Below, one piece after another: positions 26,266-36,131 of a DNA stretch of 64,000 nucleotides. Numbering within the stretch: position 1 is the first letter of the stretch; each line of letters opens with the position of its first letter. The notes under the pieces were generated by a model, which saw only the letters and a program-made list of their open reading frames with translations, was not told where the DNA came from and did no database searches. This DNA comes from a virus: IMG/VR virus record IMGVR_UViG_3300045988_114759; one strand, given 5' to 3'. The position numbers and the translations under genes were made by a program.

Positions 26266-26744
26266 AAGAGGAAGTAGAACGGATAAAGAAGTTGGTTGGC
26301 ATAGATCATAACAGATGGGAGCAACCTTGTACATGTGATAAATGCAAGAATATGTGTAAGGTTCCTTGTATTGGTACGCCAAAAGACATAGAAGCTATCA
26401 TAGATGCAGGATATGCTGACAGGCTAAAAGAGACAATGTGGATGGTGGGGTATCTTGCAGTGAAAGAAAAACCAATAACGATGATCCAGCCAACAAAAAA
26501 AGACGGGTGGTGCGCATTCCGCCAGCCGGACGGTCTCTGCGAGCTGCATGACCGCGGACTAAAGCCGACTGAAGGAGTTCTGGCTTCTTGCAAGGTGGTT
26601 GAAGAAGACGATATTCCAACATACGAGACATCCGTACTTAGAGCGGTAGCCCACGAGTGGGTTAAGATAGAGAACTTCGCAACTATAATGAGGGTCGTTT
26701 TTAAATACTTGCATTACAATGAACGTAGAGAACAAGATAAATAA
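26262..26744 (+). CDS. Cys-rich protein (CTCDKCKNMCKVPC N-terminal cluster)
   Basis: 160 aa. The N-terminal cluster of 5 Cys plus later Cys/His suggests metal or Fe-S binding. Confidence 0.4.
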   Translation: MKEEVERIKKLVGIDHNRWEQPCTCDKCKNMCKVPCIGTPKDIEAIIDAGYADRLKETMWMVGYLAVKEKPITMIQPTKKDGWCAFRQPDGLCELHDRGLKPTEGVLASCKVVEEDDIPTYETSVLRAVAHEWVKIENFATIMRVVFKYLHYNERREQDK

Positions 26745-27123
26745 GATAGCTAAGATCTTAAAAGAAAAAGGATTTATTGTGTATAAGAAAGGCGGAAAGG
26801 AACCAGGTGTGTTTTACGCCAAAGAAGGTGACAGCCGGATAGGATTCGTTTATCCCAACAACGGATATATATACGACAGGATAAAGATGTGGTCTTTTTC
26901 AAGGATATATAAACCACATAAGAAAACCGGATCTTCGTGTTTAATGTGTGTCAGCGACGAATTTACTATAGAAAATGCGATTAAGAACATAGGGGATAGA
27001 CTGTGGGTAAATTATATAAAAGATGGTAACGGAAAACGACCAGAAGAATATAAAAATATAAGAGAATTTGTTGGTAGCTTCACTAAATTCTACAACTCTG
27101 TAGAATTAGTTGAGGTTAAGTAG
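26719..27123 (+). CDS. hypothetical protein
   Basis: 134 aa. Confidence 0.4.
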   Translation: MNVENKINKIAKILKEKGFIVYKKGGKEPGVFYAKEGDSRIGFVYPNNGYIYDRIKMWSFSRIYKPHKKTGSSCLMCVSDEFTIENAIKNIGDRLWVNYIKDGNGKRPEEYKNIREFVGSFTKFYNSVELVEVK

Positions 27124-27144
27124 TTTTCCATGTAAGTTAGTTAC

Positions 27145-27181
27145 CGGCACTGGTCTGCGAAGATAGGTGCCGTTTTTTTTA
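27145..27181 (+). terminator. intrinsic terminator; hairpin loop GTCTGCGAAGAT, then T8
   Basis: The cggcac...gtgccg stem is followed by TTTTTTTT. Downstream comes an AAAGGAGG ribosome-binding site and the ATG of the next gene. Confidence 0.65.
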
Positions 27182-27201
27182 TTCAAGAAAGGAGGACAAA
27201 G

Positions 27202-27453
27202 ATGGAGAAAAGAGACAAGAAGATACCTTATGAGGTAGTCATACAGGAAAGAAAAAGGGTGGATTTATACGGTAACATAGTGTATTATATCCATTGGTTT
27301 GATAAATATGGGTACAATATCACAAAAGAATGGAAATTTTGGAGCAAGGGCCCGAAAAAGAAATACGATAGAGTTAATCGTTATCTAACGGATAGTTGGC
27401 TGAAGGAATACTGTGGGAATAACAATTTAAAGATAAGTAGAATAAAGGAATGA
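27202..27453 (+). CDS. hypothetical protein
   Basis: 83 aa with a strong AAGGAGG ribosome-binding site. Confidence 0.45.
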   Translation: MEKRDKKIPYEVVIQERKRVDLYGNIVYYIHWFDKYGYNITKEWKFWSKGPKKKYDRVNRYLTDSWLKEYCGNNNLKISRIKE

Positions 27454-27782
27454 AAACGATAAAAGTAGACAAAGTGATATTATATTACATGGATCGGGTA
27501 GACCCTGACGGGAACTTATACCGGTTCTATGTGTATAAAGGAATGGCATCTGAAATAGAATACTTTTGCACTGAAGAGGCAGGTAATATGACCATACCAA
27601 TCGGAGAAGGAGAGTATGTCAAGATCGTACCAAAAGAAATAGAGAAAATACCGGTAAGGGGATATAGGAAGCTTGCTGGAATATGGAATTGTGAAACATG
27701 TAACGGGAAGGGATGGCATAGGCTTTTTAATTATTTCAAATACAAGCCAGACATATGTTATATTAAAAAACATAGGGCGTGA
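27450..27782 (+). CDS. hypothetical protein
   Basis: 110 aa with an ATGA overlap. Confidence 0.4.
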   Translation: MKTIKVDKVILYYMDRVDPDGNLYRFYVYKGMASEIEYFCTEEAGNMTIPIGEGEYVKIVPKEIEKIPVRGYRKLAGIWNCETCNGKGWHRLFNYFKYKPDICYIKKHRA

Positions 27783-27962
27783 TAAAAATGGAAACACAAG
27801 ATATGAAGTATCATTATTTAATGCCACTATGAATGTGACAAGGTATTTTAATCTGTGGAGAATGAAGCCAGGGATGCATGCTATGATAACAAACGAGTAC
27901 GGAGTCTTGGATATTATAAAAGAAAAATTCGATAACATAAATATAGTGGAATATAGTGGAAT

Positions 27963-28160
27963 ATGGATATAAATAAAAAGAGTAGAAAAGATTATGAGAA
28001 GTTTCTTAACTCAATATCTCCAGATAGAGACGATGAGGCATGGATCATTGGAGGAAAGAACAGGTATTGCGGTAGAGAGAATTATGGCACTATGATCAAA
28101 AGGTATGATCCTATTGGTTTTAATGTAGGATACAGGGAGTGGGTAGAACAGCCAGAGTAA
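27963..28160 (+). CDS. hypothetical protein
   Basis: 65 aa. Confidence 0.3.
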   Translation: MDINKKSRKDYEKFLNSISPDRDDEAWIIGGKNRYCGRENYGTMIKRYDPIGFNVGYREWVEQPE

Positions 28161-28405
28161 GGCGGCGCCCGTCCTGCCATGAGGCCAGCCTAGCTGTTCG
28201 TGGCCAGGGCCATACATTAATCAGATAGTGAACGGCGAAAACAATACATAAAATGGGAAACGAATTAAAACTTAACAGCGCAGAAGAAGCAGAAGTAATT
28301 TTAAGAAATGGTGGCTGATTATAAAGGTCGCATATATGAATATTACGAGTTCAAGAGAGAGGTCATTGATAAGATAAGATAATTATATACCTAAAATAAT
28401 AGTTT

Positions 28406-28720
28406 ATGACATTCAAAGAATTTATGAAAGAAGTGGGCTATAACCTACTGACTACCTTTTGGGAAGATTTTAGTATAGCCGACAAGTATGGTATAGTAGG
28501 TGTCAAAGATACCTACAGACGTGCGTTTAGCGAATGGAAAGACGATTATAAGTTCTTCACGGAATTAACGCTCGTATTGAATCATAAAATCTGGCAGCAT
28601 TATGAAAGCAATCGTGAACTGGCTGCATTGTATGACCGGTTGTGGCGAGAAGCTGACGAGTATGCCATGAGCAACTTTAAGGGAGAAGAACTTGATTATT
28701 ATTACAGAATAACTGATTAG
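28406..28720 (+). CDS. hypothetical protein
   Basis: 104 aa. Confidence 0.4.
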   Translation: MTFKEFMKEVGYNLLTTFWEDFSIADKYGIVGVKDTYRRAFSEWKDDYKFFTELTLVLNHKIWQHYESNRELAALYDRLWREADEYAMSNFKGEELDYYYRITD

Positions 28721-28911
28721 CTATGTTATACCCGTTTTCATTGACGCTTGACTTATATATACAAGCCGAATCGTTTGAAGAAGCCAAGAAATTAGCAGAA
28801 GCATACGTACAAGATGCTTCGTTAGATACAACTGACTATCCGGAAATAGTACAGGATGTGTTGGAAGTGGCAGAGTATGGAATAATTGATGTAGAATAAT
28901 AAATTAATATT

Positions 28912-29187
28912 ATGACAGCAGCAGAAAAATTGCGTATGGAAATAGCGCAAGAAGCACCATTTAGTAAGGACGAATTTATTAGTAAAATCTCTCGTCTAAT
29001 TAAGGCGTATGGATATGCAAGTTTTATTTGCGACAAGCATATTCGAGAAACCGATGTATCGCCTAACGGTAACACGATTCGTATGGTACATGAACAGATA
29101 GCAATTGATTTTGCTCGTTATGAGGGTTTCTTAGTATCATACAAACATAACAGTTATGGTGTTAGATATATAGTATTCACTCTTTGA
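28912..29187 (+). CDS. hypothetical protein
   Basis: 91 aa. The 3' end abuts the third copy of the dispersed repeat. Confidence 0.4.
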   Translation: MTAAEKLRMEIAQEAPFSKDEFISKISRLIKAYGYASFICDKHIRETDVSPNGNTIRMVHEQIAIDFARYEGFLVSYKHNSYGVRYIVFTL

Positions 29188-29373
29188 CATACTCCCATAG
29201 CTAAAGCAAACGGGATTAAAAGAATGTAGCAGGGAAGAGGCATTTGACATCATTCAAGGGTGGGCTAAAGAGTTTGCAGAGGAATATGGGAATTGTGATT
29301 TTGATGGATCATACTATGATGAAATAGATGCATTTATCGAAGAAAAATTAAGAACTATTTAAAATATAAAGAC

Positions 29374-30183
29374 ATGGAAGACGATCTTATTACAACAAAA
29401 GAAGTAGGCGATTATCGAATTAAAGTGTATTATTGCCGTGATTCAGAATGTCCTATAACTAATTGGGGTTTGTTTGGGTCATTCTTTTTTGAATACTCAG
29501 ATACACATCGATTACATGATGAATGCAATTGGAAAACTTTCTTCTACGATAACAAGCATGATCTTAGAGATGTTATTGATGCTATTGTAATGAAGCATAT
29601 AGAACAGAAAGACATTGTAAAATATTTAAAGAAAGGGGAAGCGAATGGGATCTCATTCACATACAACAGAGGTGGCAATGTATGGGAGTTGAAACATAAG
29701 ACAAGTCTATATATAGGTCAAGAGTTTTCACCAGGTGATTTGAAGGACTTTGATTGCAGAGGAGAATTAATAGAGGATCTGGATGATGAAGACCTGTTAG
29801 ATATCATATCCAAATATGGAAAAGATGTGGTAGCTATAGAGTGGTCGACAAGGGGTTATAATCAAGGTGATTATATAAAAGGGATAGCATACGTTACAAA
29901 AGAAAAATATGATAATGAAGTCTGCAACAAAGAAGGAGACTGGAAAGAAGATTGTGCCAAGATTATAGATAATGAGGTAAAGTCCATAGGTATGTGGATG
30001 TGGGGAGATGTAAAAGGGTACGTTCTTGAAAAGAAGGTAGCATTTACCAAGAAATACAAAGACGAATCAAGAGAGGATGAAGATTGCGAAGAATGGGAAG
30101 AGGTTGATTCTTGCTGGGGATGTTACGAGGAGACAGATGAATTGATAAAGGAAGTCATGATAGAGAATGGCTTAGAAGAATAG
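29374..30183 (+). CDS. acidic hypothetical protein (269 aa)
   Basis: Asp/Glu-rich, with Cys pairs (CRDSECP...CEEWEEVDSCWGCYE). Confidence 0.45.
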   Translation: MEDDLITTKEVGDYRIKVYYCRDSECPITNWGLFGSFFFEYSDTHRLHDECNWKTFFYDNKHDLRDVIDAIVMKHIEQKDIVKYLKKGEANGISFTYNRGGNVWELKHKTSLYIGQEFSPGDLKDFDCRGELIEDLDDEDLLDIISKYGKDVVAIEWSTRGYNQGDYIKGIAYVTKEKYDNEVCNKEGDWKEDCAKIIDNEVKSIGMWMWGDVKGYVLEKKVAFTKKYKDESREDEDCEEWEEVDSCWGCYEETDELIKEVMIENGLEE

Positions 30184-30251
30184 GTTGTGTATGCTGATGC
30201 CATGAGTGATTTTATCCAGAAATTATATAACTACATTTAATAACATATCTT

Positions 30252-30644
30252 ATGAAAACACAAGAAGAATATGCACTTGAAATTGACGAAATAGTTCGCC
30301 GGGATGTGGAGAGTCGCCAGAGCGACTGGTTTAAAATCGACAAGGAGATATTTATGCAGCCAGAGAATAAGAACAAGGCATTTATTTTGGGAACCCGGAA
30401 GACCGGATGTGATTTAATAATACTGGGTGGCACTAATTGTGATGAAGGTAGTATGGATTGGCTTTTTGGGAGTCTTGGCAATGAAAATTTCTATGTATGT
30501 AAGCCGCTATCTTTCTATAAATCACAACAAGAAATCCAGAAAGTAAATCCGCTTTATGCTTTCAAGGTGGCCACTGCTTATTTTAGAGAACAAGGGAAGG
30601 TTCCGGTATTTGAAGATAGTAACTGTAGATTAATAAAACTATGA
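30252..30644 (+). CDS. hypothetical protein
   Basis: 130 aa. Confidence 0.4.
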   Translation: MKTQEEYALEIDEIVRRDVESRQSDWFKIDKEIFMQPENKNKAFILGTRKTGCDLIILGGTNCDEGSMDWLFGSLGNENFYVCKPLSFYKSQQEIQKVNPLYAFKVATAYFREQGKVPVFEDSNCRLIKL

Positions 30645-30877
30645 GCATAAAAGTAATAAGATACAGGTTGCCCTCTTATTGGGCTTGCCCGTTAATCAAT
30701 GATGATTACACTGGATTAACGGATGAAGAATGTGAGGAAATCCAACGCTTCTTGGAAGCAGCAGAAGGTTATCCGGTAGATGTAGATTTGGAAACACAAG
30801 GGTTTTACCGTTGTAATGACGCAGGAACACTTCCCGGAGAGTGTGCAGATTTTATTTTTCATAAGTGTAATGATTAA
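30641..30877 (+). CDS. hypothetical protein
   Basis: 78 aa with an ATGA overlap. Confidence 0.35.
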   Translation: MSIKVIRYRLPSYWACPLINDDYTGLTDEECEEIQRFLEAAEGYPVDVDLETQGFYRCNDAGTLPGECADFIFHKCND

Positions 30878-30888
30878 ACTAAAATAAT

Positions 30889-31722
30889 ATGGAAACTACA
30901 AACAAACTGTTTTATTCAGGTACAAAATTCTTTACAGAAAATGAAGAAGATTATAGAATAACAGTTAGAATCTCTTTGGATGATGACTGCAAAAATAACA
31001 TATGCGACTGGAGCATAACAGCCGACGTTGACTGGAAAAACAAGCATGGAAAATATGAGGATTACTTAGGAAGCTGCTGCCACGATGAAGTCGTAAAACA
31101 TTTTCCGGAATTGGCGAAATTCATATCGTTGCATCTTTGTAACCATTATGGTGCTCCTATGCATCCGGTAGAAAATGGCATATATCACGTTAGAAGAAGT
31201 GGTATGTCTGTGGCAATGGAGTATTTGCGTATATCAGAACAAGAATGCGTAGAATTATATAAAGCCTCTGAGGATAAGATGTATTTCAAGTATCTGCTTT
31301 TCAGTCTTGGAATCGTAGATAGATGGAAAAGAGAATCAGAAGAACTTATTGCGGAACTTGAAAAATTGTGTGGCAAGAAATGGGTAAATCCGTATATGCC
31401 GGAAAAGGAAAGGTTTACTTTGACATTAACGGACGAGGAACGTTTGCTTATTGAAGAGCGCATTAAAGCTGGGTATTATTCCGCAGAAAGTATCGAAAAA
31501 CGTAGGGAAGAGACTCATAAGGCAAAGATGTTGAAAAAGCGTGCTGAAATTTGTGAGCGATACGATAAGAAAATCAGACAAGCAGAAGCAGAAAAGAAGA
31601 TAATGCTCTGTGTGTTTGATTATGGATTGCCAATTAATAATGTTATATATTATCCTCACACGAACACTTTGTCTTTCAACTGGAACGGTTATGGAGAAAA
31701 AAATCACACAGGAAGAGTTTGA
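30889..31722 (+). CDS. hypothetical protein (277 aa)
   Basis: Contains Cys/His pairs (CKNNICDW...CCHDE...HLCNH). No confident family assignment. Confidence 0.45.
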   Translation: METTNKLFYSGTKFFTENEEDYRITVRISLDDDCKNNICDWSITADVDWKNKHGKYEDYLGSCCHDEVVKHFPELAKFISLHLCNHYGAPMHPVENGIYHVRRSGMSVAMEYLRISEQECVELYKASEDKMYFKYLLFSLGIVDRWKRESEELIAELEKLCGKKWVNPYMPEKERFTLTLTDEERLLIEERIKAGYYSAESIEKRREETHKAKMLKKRAEICERYDKKIRQAEAEKKIMLCVFDYGLPINNVIYYPHTNTLSFNWNGYGEKNHTGRV

Positions 31723-31772
31723 TGATTTTGTGAATAAGGTAGACCGCTCTCAATTGCCAGAAGATATTAGGT

Positions 31773-32087
31773 TTGAGCTTAAATAAAATACAGGATATGG
31801 AAAGATTGAATTTTGAAACATTGTTTCGTATCGTAAGATGGGATTACAACCGTTGTTTTAAGGATGAGTCGTTAGACAAGGATTTGTTCGTGGAAAAATA
31901 TGGGAAAGTTATGGGTGAACATTATTATAACAAGTTCGTTCATGAGTTTGACGGGAACATCCTGAAGATGATTGGTTACTTCAGAGGTTCCGAAAAAGAG
32001 GGGCAAGTCTTCTGCGATATGATAACCGAACGTATTGAAAAATACGAAAAGAGAATGTCATATGATAAAGGTAAGTTAAACAATTAA
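31773..32087 (+). CDS. hypothetical protein
   Basis: 104 aa. Confidence 0.4.
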   Translation: MSLNKIQDMERLNFETLFRIVRWDYNRCFKDESLDKDLFVEKYGKVMGEHYYNKFVHEFDGNILKMIGYFRGSEKEGQVFCDMITERIEKYEKRMSYDKGKLNN

Positions 32088-32099
32088 AAAGATATTTAT

Positions 32100-33161
32100 A
32101 TGAACAATTCAATGGTCGCTCACTTGTGGGCTCATGAACAAGAAGAATCAGCATTAGGGAGCAATTTCTTCTTTGAAGGTACAAGTATTTATTCTTATGG
32201 GCATCACTTTGAAGTCGGAAGAATAGTAAAAAACAAACAAGGGAAGAAAGCATACCTGATAAATGAAGATTATTATTCTGCTACCACGAGCAAACATCAA
32301 TGCTATGTTCGTAATGCGATACCAACTTGGGCAATGGTTTTCAGTGTAGGGGATAATATATCGGATACTGGTAATATGAGGTTCGTTGCCAGCAAACTGG
32401 AATCAATTAAGAAGTCTATTGAAAAATACAAAAGAGCTAAAACAGAATTATCTTATACAGATATTTGGGGCGCTTTTGGGAATATGATGGATTACATTCA
32501 GTTCTTTAACATGGGAACTGCTAAGAGTATCCTTAAAAAGAGTGCTAATGATTGGCTTGGAACCAATCATGAATTATCCAAGAGCGAAGATAGTATCAAG
32601 CGTAAGCACGTACATGAATTAAAACGCATCTTTCAAATTTTATTGGATCATCAAGGATTAAAAGTGTTAGGGACCGTAAATGTGATTGTTGATGAAGTTT
32701 GCGGGGAAGGTACATGGATTAAGTATTCAGAAAGATCTGAAAGATGGAGAAAGGGTGAGGAAGAAAGAGAAAGAATAAAATTAGAGAGATTAAGAAAGGA
32801 AGAAGAAGCCCGTTACAAGGATTTTGATGAAAAACTGGAAGAGTGGAAGTCAGGAGAAATCAATTTCTTGAATACACCTTTCTATATTCCTGGTGAAAAA
32901 CCTAACGCCTGGATTCGTATAAAAGGAAATATTATTGAGACAAGTAAACAGATAAAGATTGGAATAGCAGAAGCCAGAAAACTGTGGCGGGCTGTGTCGG
33001 CAATGCACCGGGGCGCAGAGTTTCAGCACGGTCTGGTGGAGGACGTCACCGGTCACCAGTGGAGTCTAAATCGGTACGAAAACGATTTGCTAACCGCTGG
33101 ATGTCATAGGATAGCATATAACGAAATGGAGAGAATAGCAAAACAACTGGGATGGGTGTAA
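32100..33161 (+). CDS. hypothetical protein (353 aa)
   Basis: Long ORF with a charged coiled segment (RWRKGEEERERIKLERLRKEEEARYK). Confidence 0.45.
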   Translation: MNNSMVAHLWAHEQEESALGSNFFFEGTSIYSYGHHFEVGRIVKNKQGKKAYLINEDYYSATTSKHQCYVRNAIPTWAMVFSVGDNISDTGNMRFVASKLESIKKSIEKYKRAKTELSYTDIWGAFGNMMDYIQFFNMGTAKSILKKSANDWLGTNHELSKSEDSIKRKHVHELKRIFQILLDHQGLKVLGTVNVIVDEVCGEGTWIKYSERSERWRKGEEERERIKLERLRKEEEARYKDFDEKLEEWKSGEINFLNTPFYIPGEKPNAWIRIKGNIIETSKQIKIGIAEARKLWRAVSAMHRGAEFQHGLVEDVTGHQWSLNRYENDLLTAGCHRIAYNEMERIAKQLGWV

Positions 33162-33437
33162 GTAGCCCATCTTATTTTATTAATCACATAATTAAAAACA
33201 AGAAAAATATGGAAAATTCAATTGTTGTTCCGTTTGATTTAAATACGGCGAGAAAAATTAAAAGCGGAGAAATAGAAGGTTCGGTATTAATTGATAATAT
33301 TGAAATAGAATTTGTATATGAGTCGAAAGACTGTGCAGGTCCTTATAATTTGCTTTTTGTAAAAAAAAGATGGATATGGGATAAGTGCTATATATGCCAA
33401 CACGGAAGGTTGTATTATTGGCGGCACCACTCTGGAA

Positions 33438-33950
33438 TTGAGGGTAGAGGCTGGAGCGTATTTCAAGAAAGGAGATGTATTAACAAGCACTAAAGGATGT
33501 CAATTTATATATGATGGACTTATTGCCAAAGGGGTAATGGGAAGTATATGTGGAATGACAATATCTGGAGATATTGAATTTGATCATAACAAATTATGGA
33601 CTGATGTGTATGGAGAAGATAAAAATCGGCATGTAAGAAAGGCTATAGAAGAAGAGAAGAAATTTTTAGCAGAAAAGATTATAAAAGCCGAAGACAGTAG
33701 AAAAATAGATATAATAAAACGATATTTAAGTGAATATGAGTATCTATTAGATGAGATGCCGAAACATGACTTCAAACCATTTGAACGAGTGCTGGTGAGA
33801 AGAACTAACCAAGAGAGGTGGAAATTGCATTTATTCTCCAGAGGATCAGGAATATATGAAGAATTTGAATGTTTGGGAGGCGTAACATTCAGTCAGTGTA
33901 TCCCATACGAAGGGAACGAACATCTTTTAGGAACCAATAAAAACAAATAA
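33438..33950 (+). CDS. hypothetical protein
   Basis: 170 aa. Confidence 0.4.
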   Translation: MRVEAGAYFKKGDVLTSTKGCQFIYDGLIAKGVMGSICGMTISGDIEFDHNKLWTDVYGEDKNRHVRKAIEEEKKFLAEKIIKAEDSRKIDIIKRYLSEYEYLLDEMPKHDFKPFERVLVRRTNQERWKLHLFSRGSGIYEEFECLGGVTFSQCIPYEGNEHLLGTNKNK

Positions 33951-34036
33951 GATTATGGAATATAAAATGGTAACAATCCCGTTTGATTTAGAAACGGCGA
34001 AAAAAAATAAACATAGGGGAAAGAGTAGGTCAGATT

Positions 34037-34489
34037 GTGACAGAGAAAGGACGAAATAGAGCAGAAATCGTATATGAAGACAATTCATCAATTTATCCGT
34101 TATTGGTTGTAATTCATTCGATTTCTGTATCAGCAGATTGGTTTTCTGCTACAGGAAAAGCAATTAGCAGCGAAAATAGCCTCCTTCTTGAAGTCCCGGA
34201 ATATACTACATTTAAAGATGGAGATGTGTTAAGCAACAAAGATGGAAGTTATATTTTTATTTTAAATATACATGGGAAATATTTAACATCTTTGTATGCG
34301 AGTCTTGCAGCGGGAACAAGTCTTAATATATCGGATAATTTGGCTGCACACGAAAACCACATAGAATGTTATAGACTTGCAACAGATTCGGAAAAACAGA
34401 AGATGATTAAAGCGTTAAAGAAAAGCGAAAATCCTAAAGCAAAAGAATATCTGAAACGCTTCTTCGGGATTAAAGAAGAGCCGAAATAA
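34037..34489 (+). CDS. hypothetical protein
   Basis: 150 aa. Confidence 0.4.
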   Translation: MTEKGRNRAEIVYEDNSSIYPLLVVIHSISVSADWFSATGKAISSENSLLLEVPEYTTFKDGDVLSNKDGSYIFILNIHGKYLTSLYASLAAGTSLNISDNLAAHENHIECYRLATDSEKQKMIKALKKSENPKAKEYLKRFFGIKEEPK

Positions 34490-34572
34490 GTCTGTATATA
34501 GACAAAGGGCTTGTTGGTAAGGGTATTCCAATTGAAGCTAAAAATTGGAATATAAAGAACGAAAAAGAAGTC

Positions 34573-35094
34573 GTGTATCCAAGAACGGGAGTTCCAGTAT
34601 TTATGTTAAAAGATGTCGGCATCGGTTTTAGAACCATAGAAGGTGCAACTGAGGTGGCTAATTTGCTTGTTAAATATAATGCATTTAAAATAGAATCAAG
34701 GTTTCTGACAGGATCGTATGAACAGTTTTGGATCATAAAAGAAAGTGTTTGCCCGGCTATTAAAGGGGAAGCGGGGTATAGCAAAGAAGAGTTTGATAAG
34801 GTAAACAAGGAAAACCAAGATCCAGAATTGGAAAGTATAAATTCCTTCAATAACACTTTGAAAAATGCCAATGAAATTAAAGACAGGGTGTTGAAATACG
34901 TGTACAACATAAAACAAGAGCGTTCATATAACAATGACCTGGTTGGTATCTTTGAAAGGTATAAAGATATAGCAGACGGTGATATGGAGGTAGCTATGAA
35001 TTTTATTAAGGAGGCCTATCCATTCAATGAAGAAACAGAATCGTTTATCAGGAAAAAGTTTGACATGCCTATGCCGGACGAATCAAAAGAGTAG
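34573..35094 (+). CDS. hypothetical protein
   Basis: 173 aa. Confidence 0.4.
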   Translation: MYPRTGVPVFMLKDVGIGFRTIEGATEVANLLVKYNAFKIESRFLTGSYEQFWIIKESVCPAIKGEAGYSKEEFDKVNKENQDPELESINSFNNTLKNANEIKDRVLKYVYNIKQERSYNNDLVGIFERYKDIADGDMEVAMNFIKEAYPFNEETESFIRKKFDMPMPDESKE

Positions 35095-35117
35095 TAATTA
35101 AGCTAAATTAAATCATT

Positions 35118-35426
35118 TTGAATCTTTTTTATTATCAAAAGACATATCTTTGTCCAAAAAAAACAAACAAAATGGAAGAAAAAGAGATAAAAGAAGCTAT
35201 GATTGAAGCCCTGACGCACTTAGAGGGGTGTAAGTATTTCGTAGCCACGATAGTAAATGAAGAGGAAAGAAGATTTGATATGAGCCTAAGAATGTCACAG
35301 CATCAATTGGCGTTAATTATAAAAGGCATCTTATCTAATAATGAGATGATGATGATGGATGTTTTGCAGTGGTGTTCTGAAAGATTTAAAAACAGTATAG
35401 AAAAAGGAAAGAAATCAACTAATTGA
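35118..35426 (+). CDS. hypothetical protein
   Basis: 102 aa. Confidence 0.35.
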   Translation: MNLFYYQKTYLCPKKTNKMEEKEIKEAMIEALTHLEGCKYFVATIVNEEERRFDMSLRMSQHQLALIIKGILSNNEMMMMDVLQWCSERFKNSIEKGKKSTN

Positions 35427-35908
35427 ATATTAATACAATGAATCGCTGGTTTGAAATTACGGTAAAAGCCGAGATTGATAATATCGAGAACGGCAAAAAA
35501 AAGAAAGTAACTGAAAAGTATTTGGTGGATGCCTTGTCTTATACAGAGGTAGAATCAAGATCGTTGGAGATCTTTAAGGATTTGTACAATTCTTTCGAGG
35601 TTGTAAAAATTAACCCTATTAAAGTGTCAGAAATCTTTTTCAACGGAGAAGCTGAGTACTGGTATAAGTGCAAGGTGAATTACATTACACTGGATGAAAA
35701 GAAAGGTAAAGAAAAGAAAACGCCATGCTATATGTATGTCCAAGCCGGCAATCCTAAAGACGCCGAAGCTGTGTTGACTAAAGGTATGCAGGGTACGTTG
35801 GGAGACTGGAATTGCGAGTCTATTGCTGAAACAAAGATCATTGAAGTGTTTAAATACGATCTGCAAAAAGGTGTAGAAAAATTGGGAGAAAAGAAAACTG
35901 ATGAGTGA
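35423..35908 (+). CDS. hypothetical protein
   Basis: 161 aa with an ATGA overlap. Confidence 0.4.
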   Translation: MNINTMNRWFEITVKAEIDNIENGKKKKVTEKYLVDALSYTEVESRSLEIFKDLYNSFEVVKINPIKVSEIFFNGEAEYWYKCKVNYITLDEKKGKEKKTPCYMYVQAGNPKDAEAVLTKGMQGTLGDWNCESIAETKIIEVFKYDLQKGVEKLGEKKTDE

Positions 35909-36131
35909 TGTTGTTTCCCGTGTAGCACTTGCGACGGCAATTGTATTATTGGTAGTAGCGGGTGCTACTTTGTTGATAGTGATTAAGACCGAAGAAGTAC
36001 CGAGATGGTTAATGAACTTACCATATACGTTGTCTTTAACGGCGGTATCTTTTTCAATTATATCACTTGTATCGAAATATAAAGAGTGGAAAAGAAATTG
36101 TACGTCTGCGAAAGATGCGGACGAAAAGTGA
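35901..36131 (+). CDS. small membrane protein (2 TM helices)
   Basis: 76 aa with hydrophobic stretches VALATAIVLLVVAGATLLIVI and LSLTAVSFSIISLV. Confidence 0.35.
   Translation: MSDVVSRVALATAIVLLVVAGATLLIVIKTEEVPRWLMNLPYTLSLTAVSFSIISLVSKYKEWKRNCTSAKDADEK

Noticed and set aside
27516-27938. Minus-strand 140-aa ORF antisense to 27450-27972
   Set aside because: It lies antisense within a co-directional + strand operon, has no ribosome-binding site, and has a hydrophobic low-complexity translation typical of AT-rich antisense frames.
28011-28217. Minus-strand 68-aa ORF over the GC-rich island
   Set aside because: It is created by the GC-rich element and is antisense to 27963-28160.
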